Of a DNA stretch of 64,000 nucleotides, positions 1-13,739 are shown in pieces. The first letter of the stretch is position 1, and every line of letters starts with the position of its first letter. The translations under genes were made by a program, and so were the position numbers. This DNA comes from an uncultured Gemmatimonadales bacterium. Its GTDB lineage: Bacteria; Gemmatimonadota; Gemmatimonadetes; Longimicrobiales; Gaopeijiaceae. The notes beneath the pieces are model-generated. The model saw only the letters and a list, made by a program, of their open reading frames with translations, was not told the DNA's origin and searched no databases. The stretch lies in NCBI GenBank assembly GCA_963823035.1, contig CAWGKG010000004.1:192001-256000 (forward strand), in the 5' to 3' direction.

Positions 1-1111
1 TGTGGTGTGGCCGCGATCGTCCGGCTGGACGGGCAGCGGCGGCAGCGGCTCGGCGCCCGCCGGGGGAGACACGCGGCGCGCGCCGGCCGGCGCGTGGATC
101 TGGTCGACCATGCGCGCGGCCCACGCCTTCGACGTGGCGCGCTCGGCGGCCGTGTCGCTGCCGAGGCCGCGCAGCTCCCGCGCGGCGATTCCCAGCGCCT
201 GGCCCTTCACGGCGCGCCCACTGGGCCTCCGTCATCGACGAGGGATCGAAGTTCTCCATGATCTGCAACGCCTGGATCGACACCACCCCGGCCGAGGGGA
301 CGTCGAGGCCCACGATCTCGTAGCCGCGGTACGATCCCCGTACCACGCGGCTGTCCTCGGCGCGGTAGTCCGCGAGCGACCGCAGCGTCACCGCGCCCCC
401 GTGCGCCTGCATGTCCGCCGCGATCTTCTGCGCGATCTCTCCCTTGTAGAAGGCGTCATGCCCCCCCGCCGCGATCTTGCGCAGTGTATTCGCGTAGTCC
501 TTCTGTACGAGCATGTCACCGGCGTGGCGCGGCGTGCCGTCCGGTTTCAGGTAGATCGCCGCCGTGCCCGGGAACTCCGCGGAGTGCTCGGCGTTGGCAC
601 CCTCGCGCGCGGCCTCGCCGGGAAGGACACGGTAGCCGTTCTCGGCGTAGTCGATCGCGGGCGCCATGACGGTGGCCAGCGGAAGGGAGCCGTACTCGGC
701 GTGCAGGCGCAGGAGGCCGGCCGCCGCACCCGGGACGCCCACCACCGCGTAGCCGTAGTCGGCCTGCGGGGCCGTGTCGGGGTCGTAGGTGGCGGGGGCC
801 TGCGTGGTGCCGTCGATCCCCCGGATCGTGCCGTCCGGGAGCCGGATGAGGATCTGGTTTCGGCCCCCGATGCTGTTCATCGTCGGTTCCACGACCGCGA
901 TCGCGAAGGCGGCCGCCACGGCCGCATCCGCCGCGTTGCCCCCCATCTCGAGCATACGCACGCCCGCCTCGGTCGCAAGCGGCTGGGCGGTGGCGACCGC
1001 GCCGCTGTTCGAACGCGAGGTCTGGAGCCTGCTCTGCGCGTGCAGCGCCAGCGGCGGGAGGGAGAGAAGCGTCGCGAGGAGTACGGCCCGGGCGGGGGTG
1101 CGGATGCGCAT
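1..1111 (-). CDS. ggt: Gamma-glutamyltransferase family protein with signal peptide (3' end outside window; frameshift near 210)
   Basis: Manual translation from ATG 1111: MRIRTPARAVLLATLLSLPPLALHAQ...GAVATAQPLATEAGVRMLEMGGNAADAAVAAAFAIAVVEPTMNSIGG...VGVPG...FYKGEIA; the window edge reads DDRGHTT, the autoproteolytic Thr region. Not in the ORF track because it lacks a stop. Confidence 0.9.
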   Translation of the reverse strand, partial: MRIRTPARAVLLATLLSLPPLALHAQSRLQTSRSNSGAVATAQPLATEAGVRMLEMGGNAADAAVAAAFAIAVVEPTMNSIGGRNQILIRLPDGTIRGIDGTTQAPATYDPDTAPQADYGYAVVGVPGAAAGLLRLHAEYGSLPLATVMAPAIDYAENGYRVLPGEAAREGANAEHSAEFPGTAAIYLKPDGTPRHAGDMLVQKDYANTLRKIAAGGHDAFYKGEIAQKIAADMQAHGGAVTLRSLADYRAEDSRVVRGSYRGYEIVGLDVPSAGVVSIQALQIMENFDPSSMTEAQWARREGPGAGNRRAGAARPRQRHGRRARHVEGVGRAHGRPDPRAGRRAPRVSPGGRRAAAAAARPAGRSRPHH

Positions 1112-1238
1112 GGGGGTCCGGTAGTATCAGGTGACTTCGGGAGCGGAGGACGACAATAAGGGCCCCGCATCCGGACGGCCATCTCGCGGGGCCGTGACCC
1201 CCGGCGATGGGCCGGACCACGAACGGGAAAGGGGAGCG

Positions 1239-1793
1239 ATGAAGACCTGGATCGCGCTGCTCCGCGGCGTCAACGTGGGCGGCCACAACAAGGTCCCGAT
1301 GGCTGAGCTGCGGAAGGCCTGCACCGAGGTCGGCTTCGCGGACGTCGGGACGTACATCCAGAGCGGCAACGTCGTCTTCCGGGCCGAGGAAGGTGCGGAT
1401 CAGGTAGCGGGTACACTGCGCGCCCTCATGGCCGAGCGCTTCGGGTGCGACGTGCCGGTCGTCCTGCGCACGGTGGAGGCGTTGGAACGCGTCGTGGCTG
1501 CGAATCCCTTCCTCGAGGAGGGCGCGGACGTGGCGAGGCTCCACGTCGGGTTCCTGCTGGACAAGCCGACCCGCGCGCGCGTCTCCGGCATGCCCCCGCA
1601 GCCTCCCGGTCCCGAGGAGTTCCGTGTGGTCGACGCCGAAGTGTATCTCCACTACCCGGAGGGGATGGCGAGCACCAAGCTCACGACCGCGTACTTCGAT
1701 CGGGCCCTGGGCACCACGATGACCGCGCGCAACTGGCGGACGGTGAACCGGATCGTGGACATGGGCCGCGAGGTGGAGGGGCGCCCCTTGTAG
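1239..1793 (+). CDS. DUF1697 family protein
   Basis: MKTWIALLRGVNVGGHNKVPMAELR...TYIQSGNVVF...TARNWRTV, typical DUF1697 motifs; GGGGAG RBS. Confidence 0.9.
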   Translation: MKTWIALLRGVNVGGHNKVPMAELRKACTEVGFADVGTYIQSGNVVFRAEEGADQVAGTLRALMAERFGCDVPVVLRTVEALERVVAANPFLEEGADVARLHVGFLLDKPTRARVSGMPPQPPGPEEFRVVDAEVYLHYPEGMASTKLTTAYFDRALGTTMTARNWRTVNRIVDMGREVEGRPL

Positions 1794-1876
1794 GGGTCCG
1801 ACCGCGCGCTGATCTTACAACAGATCCCTCGGCGGCTCGCTCACGGGGCCTCCGCCAGACCGCCAGGAGCGGGCCC

Positions 1877-2266
1877 ATGTCCGATTCCAGAAAGCGCCTC
1901 ATCGTGGTTGGCGACCGCGTGCTGATCTCCCCCGAAGAGGGTGAGGATCGCACGAAGGTGGGCCTCTACCTCCCGGCCACCGCCGTCGACAAGCAGGCGG
2001 TTCAGGGCGGTACGGTCGTGGCGACGGGCCCCGGCACGGCGGTGTCCGCGCCGACGGAGCTCGACGAGGAGCCGTGGAAGATCGGCGCCACGGAGGCGCG
2101 CTACATGCCGCTGCAGGCGCACATCGGCGACTACGCGATCTTCTTCCGACGCGCCGCGGTGGAGATCACCTTCGAGGGCACGCGCTATCTGGTCGTGCCG
2201 CAGGCGGCCATCCTCACGCTCGTGCGCGAGGACGACGACGAGGACGTGGGCCTTCCCTCGTTCTAG
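1877..2266 (+). CDS. Co-chaperonin GroES (Cpn10) family protein, no adjacent groEL
   Basis: LIVVGDRVLI...RTKVGLYLP...GTVVATGPG...IGD...EITFEGTRYLVVPQAAIL; AGGAG RBS. Confidence 0.85.
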   Translation: MSDSRKRLIVVGDRVLISPEEGEDRTKVGLYLPATAVDKQAVQGGTVVATGPGTAVSAPTELDEEPWKIGATEARYMPLQAHIGDYAIFFRRAAVEITFEGTRYLVVPQAAILTLVREDDDEDVGLPSF

Positions 2267-2297
2267 CCGCCGACCGGCTCCCCCGCGGGAGCGGTCG

Positions 2298-3758
2298 GTG
2301 AGCCTCGATCGCTATCGGTCCTTCATCGCGGACTGGTCGGGCTTCCTCGAGGCCGCGGAACGACCGGAGCCGACCGTCATCCGTGTTCGCACCGGGCGCG
2401 TCTCCCCGGAGGCGCTGGCCGGGCGGCTGGAGGCGCAGGGCTACACGCTCCATCCGCTGGAGGGTATGCCCGCGTTCTTCCGGGTCGAAGGGGGACCTCG
2501 CCCGGTCTCCTTCACGCTCGAGCACTGGCTCGGGCTCGTGTACGTCCAGCAGGCCTCCACGGGCGTGGCGGCGCCCGCGCTCGACCCTCGCCCGGGGGAG
2601 CGCGTGCTCGACCTCTGCTCCGCGCCGGGCGGAAAGACCACGCACGCGGCCGACCTGATGGGCGACCGGGGCGCGCTGGTGGCGTCCGACGTGAGTGAGG
2701 GGCGGATCCGCGGCCTGCTCGGCAACGTCTACCGGCTCGGCCATCCCAACATCCTGGTGGTCGCGGGAGACGGGCGGGCGTTCCCCGAGGAGGCGTCGTT
2801 CGACCGCGTCCTGGTGGACGCCCCCTGCTCGGGGGAGGGCACGCTCCGCCGGCGCGCCGGCCGCCCGCCCGCGCAGTCGCGCTCCTTCATGGGGTACGTG
2901 ACGCGCGCCCAGGAGGAGCTGCTCCGCAAGGCGGTACGCCTCACCCGGCCGGGCGGCACGATCCTGTACGTCACCTGCACCTTCGCGCCGGAGGAGAACG
3001 AGGGCGTGGTCAGCCGCGTGCTCGCCGACGCGCCCGTGGCGTTGGAGCCGCTGGCGCTTCCCGTTCCGCATGCGCCGGGGCTCACCTCCTTCGAGGGGAC
3101 GTCCTTCGATCCACGCCTGGAGGGGGCTGCCCGCATCTATCCGCACCACTTCGATTCGGGCGGCCTCTTCCTCGCGCGCCTGCGGCGGCTGGACGACGGG
3201 GAGACGCCCCGATCCTCGTGGAGCCCGGTGCCGGCGGTCTTCCCGGACGACGACATGGACGCGCCCGAGGCGGCGCGCCTCGTGGGGGCCGGCATGGAGG
3301 CACTCGAGCACTTCGGCGTGGAGCCGGCCGTGTTCGAGGGGCTGTCGTGGATCGCGCGGGGCGGCCGCCTCTGGCTGCACGGACTCCCCGAGTGGCCCGT
3401 GCCTGCGTGGTCGGAAGGTGGCTGGCGCACGATCTCCGTCGGCTTCCGCGCGATGGAGTTCGACACCACCGGCCGGCCACGGCCCACGAACGACCTCCTG
3501 CAGTGGCTGGGGGCCCGGGTCCTGGCGAACGGCGTGGACCTCGACGACGACGAGATGCGGCGTGCCTGCCGCGGGGAGGCCGTGCCGCGCGCCGAGACGC
3601 TCCACGGCCTCCTCGCGCTCCGCTGGCGAGGCTCGGTGGTGGGCCGGGGGGTGGCCACGCCCGACGGTGCCCGCAACGAGATCCCCAAGCCGCGCCGTCG
3701 CGACCTGAAGGCGATCGTGGAGGGGAAGGGGTCGGTCAGCCGTTCCGCGGAGGACTGA
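2298..3758 (+). CDS. rsmF: RsmB/NOP (RsmF-like) RNA m5C methyltransferase
   Basis: YVQQAS, VLDLCSAPGGKT, DRVLVDAPCSGEG and YVTCTFAPEENE motifs; GTG start inferred. Confidence 0.85.
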   Translation: MSLDRYRSFIADWSGFLEAAERPEPTVIRVRTGRVSPEALAGRLEAQGYTLHPLEGMPAFFRVEGGPRPVSFTLEHWLGLVYVQQASTGVAAPALDPRPGERVLDLCSAPGGKTTHAADLMGDRGALVASDVSEGRIRGLLGNVYRLGHPNILVVAGDGRAFPEEASFDRVLVDAPCSGEGTLRRRAGRPPAQSRSFMGYVTRAQEELLRKAVRLTRPGGTILYVTCTFAPEENEGVVSRVLADAPVALEPLALPVPHAPGLTSFEGTSFDPRLEGAARIYPHHFDSGGLFLARLRRLDDGETPRSSWSPVPAVFPDDDMDAPEAARLVGAGMEALEHFGVEPAVFEGLSWIARGGRLWLHGLPEWPVPAWSEGGWRTISVGFRAMEFDTTGRPRPTNDLLQWLGARVLANGVDLDDDEMRRACRGEAVPRAETLHGLLALRWRGSVVGRGVATPDGARNEIPKPRRRDLKAIVEGKGSVSRSAED

Positions 3759-4167
3759 CGCGCATGGGTCGGGCCTGGTCCTGAGCGCCCCCGCCCAGCG
3801 TCCGCAGGAAGCTCGCATCCGCAGGCGCCAACGGTAGCTCCGCCAACTCCTCCAGCGTGAACCACCCTACTTCCGAGTGCTCGAACGGCGCGGGGTCGCC
3901 CTCCGCCTCCACCTCGACGAAGTGGATCACGAAGGGCGAGTCCCCGTCCGACCCGCTGTACAGGAGCGCGCCGGCCGCGACCGCGCGCATCCCGAGCTCC
4001 TCCTCCAGCTCCCGATCCGCGGCCGTGAGGAGCGCCTCTCCGTCGTGGACCTTCCCGCCGGGGAACTCCCACAGCCCCCCGTGCCGCTTCTCCGGGGGGC
4101 GCCGCCCCACCAGGTAGCGTCCGTCGCGCAGGATGACGGCCGCGATGACCGGGATGGTGTCCGCCAC
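3736..4167 (-). CDS. NUDIX hydrolase, MutT/NudG-like
   Basis: GLWEFPGGKVHDGEALLTAADRELEEELG Nudix box; C-terminal part of ORF 3736..5547. Confidence 0.88.
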   Translation of the reverse strand: MADTIPVIAAVILRDGRYLVGRRPPEKRHGGLWEFPGGKVHDGEALLTAADRELEEELGMRAVAAGALLYSGSDGDSPFVIHFVEVEAEGDPAPFEHSEVGWFTLEELAELPLAPADASFLRTLGGGAQDQARPMRVSPPRNG

Positions 4168-4169
4168 GG

Positions 4170-6909
4170 CTACTCCGAGCGCAGGGCGTCGATGGGGTCG
4201 ACGCGCGACGCGCGTCGCGCCGGGAGCCAGGTGGCCAGCGCCAGGACGGAGACGAGGAGGAGCGGAGCCCCCACGAACGTCACCGGATCCGTGGTCGCTC
4301 ACGTCGTACAGGATCGCGCCCATGAAGCGCGTGAGCACACCCGCGGTCAGCAGGCCGACGGCGACGCCCGCGGCCGCGACGACGGCGCTCTGGCGGAAGA
4401 CCATTCGGCGGATGTCCGCCCGCGCCGCGCCCAGCGCGACCCGCACGCCGATCTCACGGGTGCGCTGGCCCACCACGTACGACACCACCGCGAAGAGGCC
4501 GACGGCGCCCAGGAAGAGCGCCACGGCCGCCGCGAGGCCGAGCAGGACCATCGTGAAGGATGTCTGGGCGATGGAGTTGGCCATGATCTCGTCCATCGTC
4601 CGTACGGTGGTGATCGGCACCTCGGGACCGTGGCGCCGCACCACGTCCCGGATGGCGGTCACCGGGACCGGTGTGCGCCCGTCTCCGCGCACGAGCAGAT
4701 ACATGCGCGCCATTCCCGGATATCCCCAGTCGGCCACGACCATCGGGAGGTAGGCCACGGGACGCGGCTCGTCCGAGAGGCTGAACTCGTGCGCGTCGGC
4801 CACCACGCCGACCACGCGGGCGAAGGCACGCTCCTCGTCCCACTTGATCCCCTTTCCGATCGCGGAGCCGCCGAGAAAGGCCTTCTCGAACGCCTCGTTC
4901 ACGAGGACGGACCCGTTGGCGTCCTCCCAGTCGGAGGGCTCGAGAGTCCGCCCCCGCAGGAGCGGCTGGCCGATGGCTTCCAGGTAGTCGGCGCCCACGG
5001 CCTTGTACATCGCGACAGGCGGGAGCGCGCCCTCTTCACGCGGCTCTCCCTCGATGTAGAACGAGCCGCCGTTCGAGTCGCCCTCTCCCATGGGGGCGCG
5101 GCTCGTCAGCCCGACGGACCGCACGCCGGGGAGTGTGGCGACCTCGTCCGCGACGTCCTGGTAGAAGCGTGCGCCCTCCGGGTTCCTGCCCGAGAAGGTC
5201 TCGCCCAGGCTCATTCCCACCGACACGACGTCGTCGGGCCGGAAGCCGGGGTCCACGTGCCGGAGCTGGTCGAAGGAGCGCAGCATGAGGCCCGATCCGA
5301 CCAGGAGGACGAGGGCGAGCGCGAGCTGCGCGGCCACCAGGAGCGAGCGGGTCCGGTGGCGGCCCCGCCCGTCCGTGGCGCCCCGCCCGCCGTCGCGGAG
5401 GATGCCGGCGAGCGCGCTGGCGCGGTAGCGGACCAGGGGGAGCGCGCCGAGCACGAGGCTGGCGGTGAACGACGACCAGTGCGGTGAACGCGATCGACGC
5501 GCCGTCGATCGACACCTCGTCGAGCCGCGGGAGGGACGAGGGGCCACGACCCACGAGGATCGCCACCCCCGACCACGCCAGCAGCAGGCCGATCGCGCCC
5601 CCCGCCGCGCCGAGCAGCACGGCCTCGGAGAGGAAGCCCGCCGCGATGCGCGCAGCGCCTGCCCCCATCGCCGCGCGCACGGCGAGCTCCTTCTGCCGGG
5701 ACTCGGCCCGCACCAGGAAGAGGTTGGCCACGTTGGCGCACGCGATGAGGAGCACGAAGCCCACCGTGCCCAGCACGATCCAGAGCGCCGAGGCGATGTC
5801 CGGGCCGACCACGCGGTCCTGGTAGCGCTCGACCGTGACGGACCACCCGGCCCGGTCGAGGAAGCCCGCCGACAGGTCCGGGAAGTAGTCGTACAGGCGC
5901 GGCTGCAGCTCGGTGGCGCGTGCCTGCGCCTGCGCGACCGTGAGGCCCGGCGCCAGCCGGCCGATCCCCTCGGTCCCGAAGGTGCCGAAGGTGCCGTTCG
6001 GATCGATGCGCAGTCGGGATCAGAGCGCCACGGGCTCGGCGTCGGGGAAGGCGAACCCGGCCGGCATGACCCCCACGATCTCGGTGGGCGTGCCGTCCAG
6101 CTCGATGGTGCGGCCGAGCACGGTCGGGTCGCCGCCGAAGCGGGACGCCCACGAGGCGTGCGTGAGGATCGCCACGGGGGCCGCGCCCTCCTCGGCGTCC
6201 GCCGCGGCGAACGGGCGCCCGAGCGCCGGCGGCACGCGCAGCACGTCGAAGAGGTTCGGCGTGACCGCCGTGAGCTGGACGCGCTCGGGCTGGGCTGCCG
6301 CCGACGAGGTTGTGCGACGCGATCGTGATACGCGGCGAGCGTCTCGAGGAAGTCGCGCCTCGTCCCGATAGAAGTTCAGCGTCCCGGCGGAGTTGTTCAG
6401 CTCGGCGAGGTCGAGCGCCGGGCGCGTGGTGCGAGATCGAGACGATCCGGTCCGCGTCCGGGTAGGGGAGGGAGCGCAGCAGCACCGCGTCCACCACGGT
6501 GAAGATCGCCACCGTCGCGCCGATGCCGAGCGCCAACGTGAGCACCGCCGCGGTCGTGTACCCGGGCCTCCGGCCCAGAGAGCGCGCCGCCACCTTCAGA
6601 TCGCCCGTCCAGCTCATGATCCGCTCTCCCATTCCGGGCCCGGTGACCGGGCCGCGTCCATCCCCATGGCCCGTCCAGGGCCGCCCACCACTCCACCGGA
6701 ATCCGTCGCACCACGTCCGCCACCGCGGCGGCGCCGGCGGCGGCCACCGAGAGGGCTCCCCCTCGCGCGTGGCGCGCGGCCAGCGTCTCCTCCAGGTCCC
6801 GCTCCGCGTCGGCGAAGTACGCCTCACGGAACGCCCTCGGCAGCAACCGCCCCGTCAGGCGGAACGCCGCGAGGGCCAGCCGGACCGGACGCGGCTGCCT
6901 TTCGCTCAT
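4170..6909 (-). CDS. ADOP-type duplicated ABC permease (MacB/FtsX domains x2), several frameshifts
   Basis: Fragments: [121 protein letters not shown]; no ATPase gene adjacent. Confidence 0.88.
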
Positions 6910-7243
6910 GCCCGCCCCAGCGCCGCGCTCGCCCGCGCCGCGTCCACGAGCGCCTGCAGCCGGTCGGCCTCGGCGCGCAGGACGTCACGTCCCAGACGCG
7001 TCAGCCGGTAGTAGCGGCGCCGCTGGTCGTCGTCCGGGTCGTTCTCCCCCTCGAGGGGCTCGATCAGCCCGGCCTCGGCCATCTCGCGCACCGACCCGTA
7101 CAGCGTCGCGGGCCACAGGCGGATGGCGCCCTCCGTCCGCGTGCTCGACGCTCTCGCGGATGCCGAAGCCGTGGCGCGCTCCGTCCGCGAGCGCGAGCAG
7201 GATGTGGAACCAGACGGGCTTGATCGGAGGGGTGGGGGTCCAT
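6906..7243 (-). CDS. PadR family transcriptional regulator (frameshifted)
   Basis: PVWFHILLALADGARHGFGIRE...LWPATLYGS...GLIE...DQRRRYYRLTRLGRDVL; stop overlaps the permease start. Confidence 0.88.
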
Positions 7244-7282
7244 GGCCGAGCCGGAAGAGGGAGCCGACGCCGCGCGCACATT

Positions 7283-7316
7283 CAGTATGAGATCATACCG
7301 ATATTATTCCATACTG
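7283..7316. promoter_or_regulatory. AT-rich inverted-repeat operator/promoter upstream of padR
   Basis: GTATGA-GA-TCATAC (7285-7298) plus CAGTATG...CATACTG (7283-7289/7310-7316); TAATAT -10-like hexamer on the minus strand. Confidence 0.55.
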
Positions 7317-7348
7317 GTTTCAGGGTCCAGGGGTCGCGCCGCCGCGGC

Positions 7349-8591
7349 TCAGCGGCGCTGCGCCGGGACCGTCGTCAGGAGGAGGACCGAAGCGACCGCC
7401 GCCGCCACCGCGCCGAAGGCGAAGGGAGCGGCCGGGCCGAACCCGGACCATCCCGCGAACCCCTGCCAGAGCAGGCCGGCCAGGAGCGAGGCGGGGAGGC
7501 TCACCAGCCCGATCACGGCGTGGTACGTCCCGTAGGCGATGCCCCGGCGCTCCGGCTCCACGAGGTCCGCGACCAGCGCCTTCGAGGCGCCGGCGACCAT
7601 CCCCTGGTAGACGCCGTACGCGCAGAAGAGCAGGACCACGTGCGTGGCCGATCCGGCGACCGCGAAGCCGAGATACACGGCGGCGTACACGCACCACGCG
7701 CCGAGCACCACCCACCTGCGTCCGATGCGGTCGGAGATCGAGCCGGCCGGGACCGACACGGCCGTGTAGACCACGTTGAACGCGAGGAGCATCCACATCA
7801 GCCCGGACACGCCCAGGCCGCGCTCCTGCGCGCGCAGGATGAGGAATGCGTCCGAGGAGTTGCCGATCTGGAAGACGCCCGACGCCACCACGAAGGCGAC
7901 GAATCCGCGCCCCATCCCGCGGAGGCCCAGGCTCGGCCCGCCTCGCCCTTTGCCCACCGGTACGTCGCGCGCACCGAAGGCGAGGGTGGCGACGGCGAGG
8001 AAGGCGGGGAAGAGACTCCACAGGACCAGGCGGTGGAAGGTCTCGGCCTCGAGACGGAGCGCGTTCCCCTGGGTCAAGTGCACGACCCAGATCGTGAGGG
8101 CGAGGCCGACCACGGCGCCCCCGGTATCCGCCGCGCGGTGGATGCCGAACGCGAGGCCGCGCCGCGACGCACGCACCGAGTCGGCCAGGAGCGCGTCGCG
8201 CGGAGCGGTGCGCACGCCCTTGCCGACGCGGTCCGCCCAGCGGATGGCCGCCACCACCGGCCAGGTGGCGGCCAGCAGGTAGAACGGCTTCGAGGACGCC
8301 GAGATGCCGTACCCGCCGACGGCCAGCCACTTGCGGGCGCGCAGCCGGTCCGAGAGCCATCCCGACCAGAGCTTCAGGAGGCTCGCGGTGGATTCGGCCG
8401 TCCCCTCGACCACGCCCACCGCCCACGTGCGCACGCCGAGCACGTTCGCCAGGAAGAGCGGGAGGACGTTCTGCAGCATCTCGCTGGAGACGTCCGTGAG
8501 GAAGCTGGTGGCGCTCGCGACCCAGACGTTGCGGTGCAGTCCCCCGGCCGCGAGGGTCCTCCGCGTCGCCGGGTGGGGTCGGGGGGGCCAC
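7349..8591 (-). CDS. MFS transporter
   Basis: NVWVASATSFLTDVSSEM...SGWLSDRLRARK...DRVGKGVRTAPRDALLADS...GSISDRIGRR, hydrophobic 12-TM pattern. Confidence 0.9.
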
Positions 8592-8595
8592 GCCG

Positions 8596-9955
8596 TCAGA
8601 TCCCGACCGCGAGCCCCACGGCGATGGAGACGGCGCCGAGGAGGACGAGGCCGAGCCAGAGGGGGGCGGTGAAGCGGATCCACTCCTCGAAGCGCACCCC
8701 CGCCACGCCGAGGATCGCCATGAGCGCGCCGTTCGTCGGCGTGATCAGGTCGCAGAGGCCCGCTCCGTACTGGTAGGCCAGCACCGTGATCTGGCGGGAC
8801 ATCCCGAGGAGGTCGGAGAGCGGCACGAGCACCGGCATCGTCAGCACCGCCTGGCCGCTCACGCTCGGCACCGGCACGTGGATCGCCGTCTGCGCGGCGA
8901 TCATGCCGAGCGCGGAGGCGAGCACGGGGAGCCCCTCGAGCGGGGTGAACAGACCGTGCACGATGGTGTCGACGATGTGCCCGTCCTGGAGCACGACGTA
9001 GATCGCCCGCGCGAAGCCGATGAGGAGGGCGGCGTAGGCCATCGACCGGAAGCCCTTCACGTAGGCCTCGGCCGTGCCGCCCACGCCCAGCCCGGCGAGC
9101 CCGCCGACGACGATCCCCATCACGAAGAAGGCCGCGCTCAGCTCGTTGAAGCCCCATCCCAGTCTCCATGATGCCCCAGACCACCGCGCCGAACGTGACC
9201 ATCACCAGCGACAGGATGACGAGGTCCGTGCCGAGCAGGGCCTCCGAGCGGTCGTCCTCCGCCTCGCGGGCCTCGACGCGTGTCCTCGCCGCCCAGCGCA
9301 TGGTGGCGCCGATCCAGAGGGCGAGGGCCAGCACGAGGAAGACGATGCGGAAGGCGGAGCCCGACAGCAGGGGTACCTCGGCGAGCTTCTGCGCGATCTG
9401 CACCTGGAAAGGGTTGATCGGGCTGAAGGCCGAGCCCACGAAGGCGGAGCCCGCGCACATCGACACGGCCACCAGAGGCGTGAAGCCGAGCCGCGTCGTG
9501 AGCACGATCAGGACGGGCACGAGGGGGATGATCTCCTCCTGCATGTTCTCGACCACCCCTCCCGCCGCGAAGAAGAGCGACACGACCGGGATGACCAGGA
9601 GGTCCCTCCCGGCCAGGGCGCGTGCCAGCCCCCCCATGGCCCGCCGCAGCGCGCCGGTCTCGTCGACCACCGTGAACGCGCCGCCGATCAGGAAGACCAG
9701 GAAGACCACCTCGGACGCGTCGATCATCCCCCGCGGGAGGGCCACCACGGCCGCGAAGGGACCGACCGGCGTGCGCTCCACGCGATGATACGTGCCGGCC
9801 ACGACCACCGTGCGGCCCGTGACCTCGTCGAGCTTGCGGTCGTACTCGCCCGCGGGGAGCACCCAGCTGCCGGCCGCGGCCAGGAGGACGCACCCGGACA
9901 GGAGGACGAGGGGGTGCGGCAGCCGGAAGCGCGGGCCGGGGGCCGGCGCGCTCAT
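8596..9955 (-). CDS. yfcC: YfcC family (DcuC/IT superfamily) transporter, frameshift near 9160
   Basis: RLPHPLVLL...PAGEYDR...INPFQVQIAQKLAEVPLLSG...VPSVSGQAVLTMP...AYQYGAG...ITPTNGALMAIL. Confidence 0.88.
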
Positions 9956-10939
9956 GGCGTCGCACTCCGGGGAGAGCGGGAGCGCGCCGTCGAGCGTCAG
10001 CAGGGTGAGGAGCGCGGTGCGGAGCGCGTCCATGTACTCGCCCGGGTCGATGTTCCCGAAGTCGTCGGTCGGGCGGTGGTAGTCGGGGTGGTCCTCGACG
10101 CCGAGGTAGACGAAGGGGATGCCCGCGTCGTGGAAGGGCCCGTGGTCCGACGCGTGCGTCCAGTCGTCTCCCTCGGGCGCGTTCGGCGCGTCGTGCCCGA
10201 GCCGGAGGTCGAGGGGCGCCTCCGCGGCCACGCGCTCCAGGAGGGGGCGCAGCGCCGGGGTCTGGTGGGCGCCGGCGGCCCAGAGCACGCCGTTCGTGCG
10301 TGCCACCATGTCCAGGTTCAGGTCGAGCGCGATGGAGTCGAGCGGCACCGGCGGCGCCGCCACGAAGGCCCGTGACCCACGCAGCCCCACCTCCTCGGCG
10401 TCGAAGGCCGCCACGAGGAGGGTATGCCGCAGCGGCGCGCTCGCGAGGGCGCGCGCGAGCGCGACGAGGGCGACCGAGCCCGAGGCGTCGTCGTCCGCCC
10501 CGTTGTAGATCACCCCGTCCCGCACGCCGAGATGGTCGAGGTGCGCCGAGAGGACGAAGGTGCGTCCGGCCGGCTGGGTGCCGGGGACGACACCCACGAC
10601 GTTCACGCCCTCGACGTCCTGCGCCGCGCCGTTCCCGCGCCAGGCGAACCGCTCCATGAAGCCCCCGTGGACGGGGCGCACACCCGCGTCGGCCAACTCG
10701 CCCGCGAGCCAGGCGCGCGCGCGCGCGGCCCCTTCGGTGCCGGTGCCCCGACCCTCGAGCGAGTCCGAGGAGAGGTACCGTAGCTCCGCCATGATGCGTG
10801 CGCTGTCGGCCGCGAGCGCCGCGAGGGGATCCCCGGTGGACGCCCCGGTCGTGCTCGGCGCGCCGCACCCGGACGAAACCGACAGGAGGGACAGGAGGGC
10901 GACCGCGAGCGCGCCGGCGGAGTCGGATGGTTTTCGCAT
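9952..10939 (-). CDS. M28 family metallopeptidase, likely lipoprotein
   Basis: SSDSLEGRGTGT, VLSAHLDHLG, IYNGADDDASG, FDAEEVGLRGS, NLDM, SDHGPF, DYHRPTD; lipobox-like SSGC. Confidence 0.9.
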
Positions 10940-11140
10940 GGGCGACGAAGGTACGGCGCACGGGCCCGGACGGCACGGGCGGGCGCGCGGAGGCTCGGCT
11001 CGGGCCCGGACCCCCGGCCGCGAGGGTTTGACGACGGCCCTCGTGCGCCGGAACTTGCACGGCGAGCAGAAGGGCCCGTCCACCGAAGGAGCGTTCCCTG
11101 GGATCACGATGATCCGGACCGACGCCTGGAGCCACGCGGC

Positions 11141-13735
<2,595 letters not shown>

Positions 13736-13739
<4 letters not shown>

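Noticed and set aside
3736..5547. Permease-NUDIX fusion
   Set aside because: A frameshift near 4300 bypasses the permease TAG at 4170-4172
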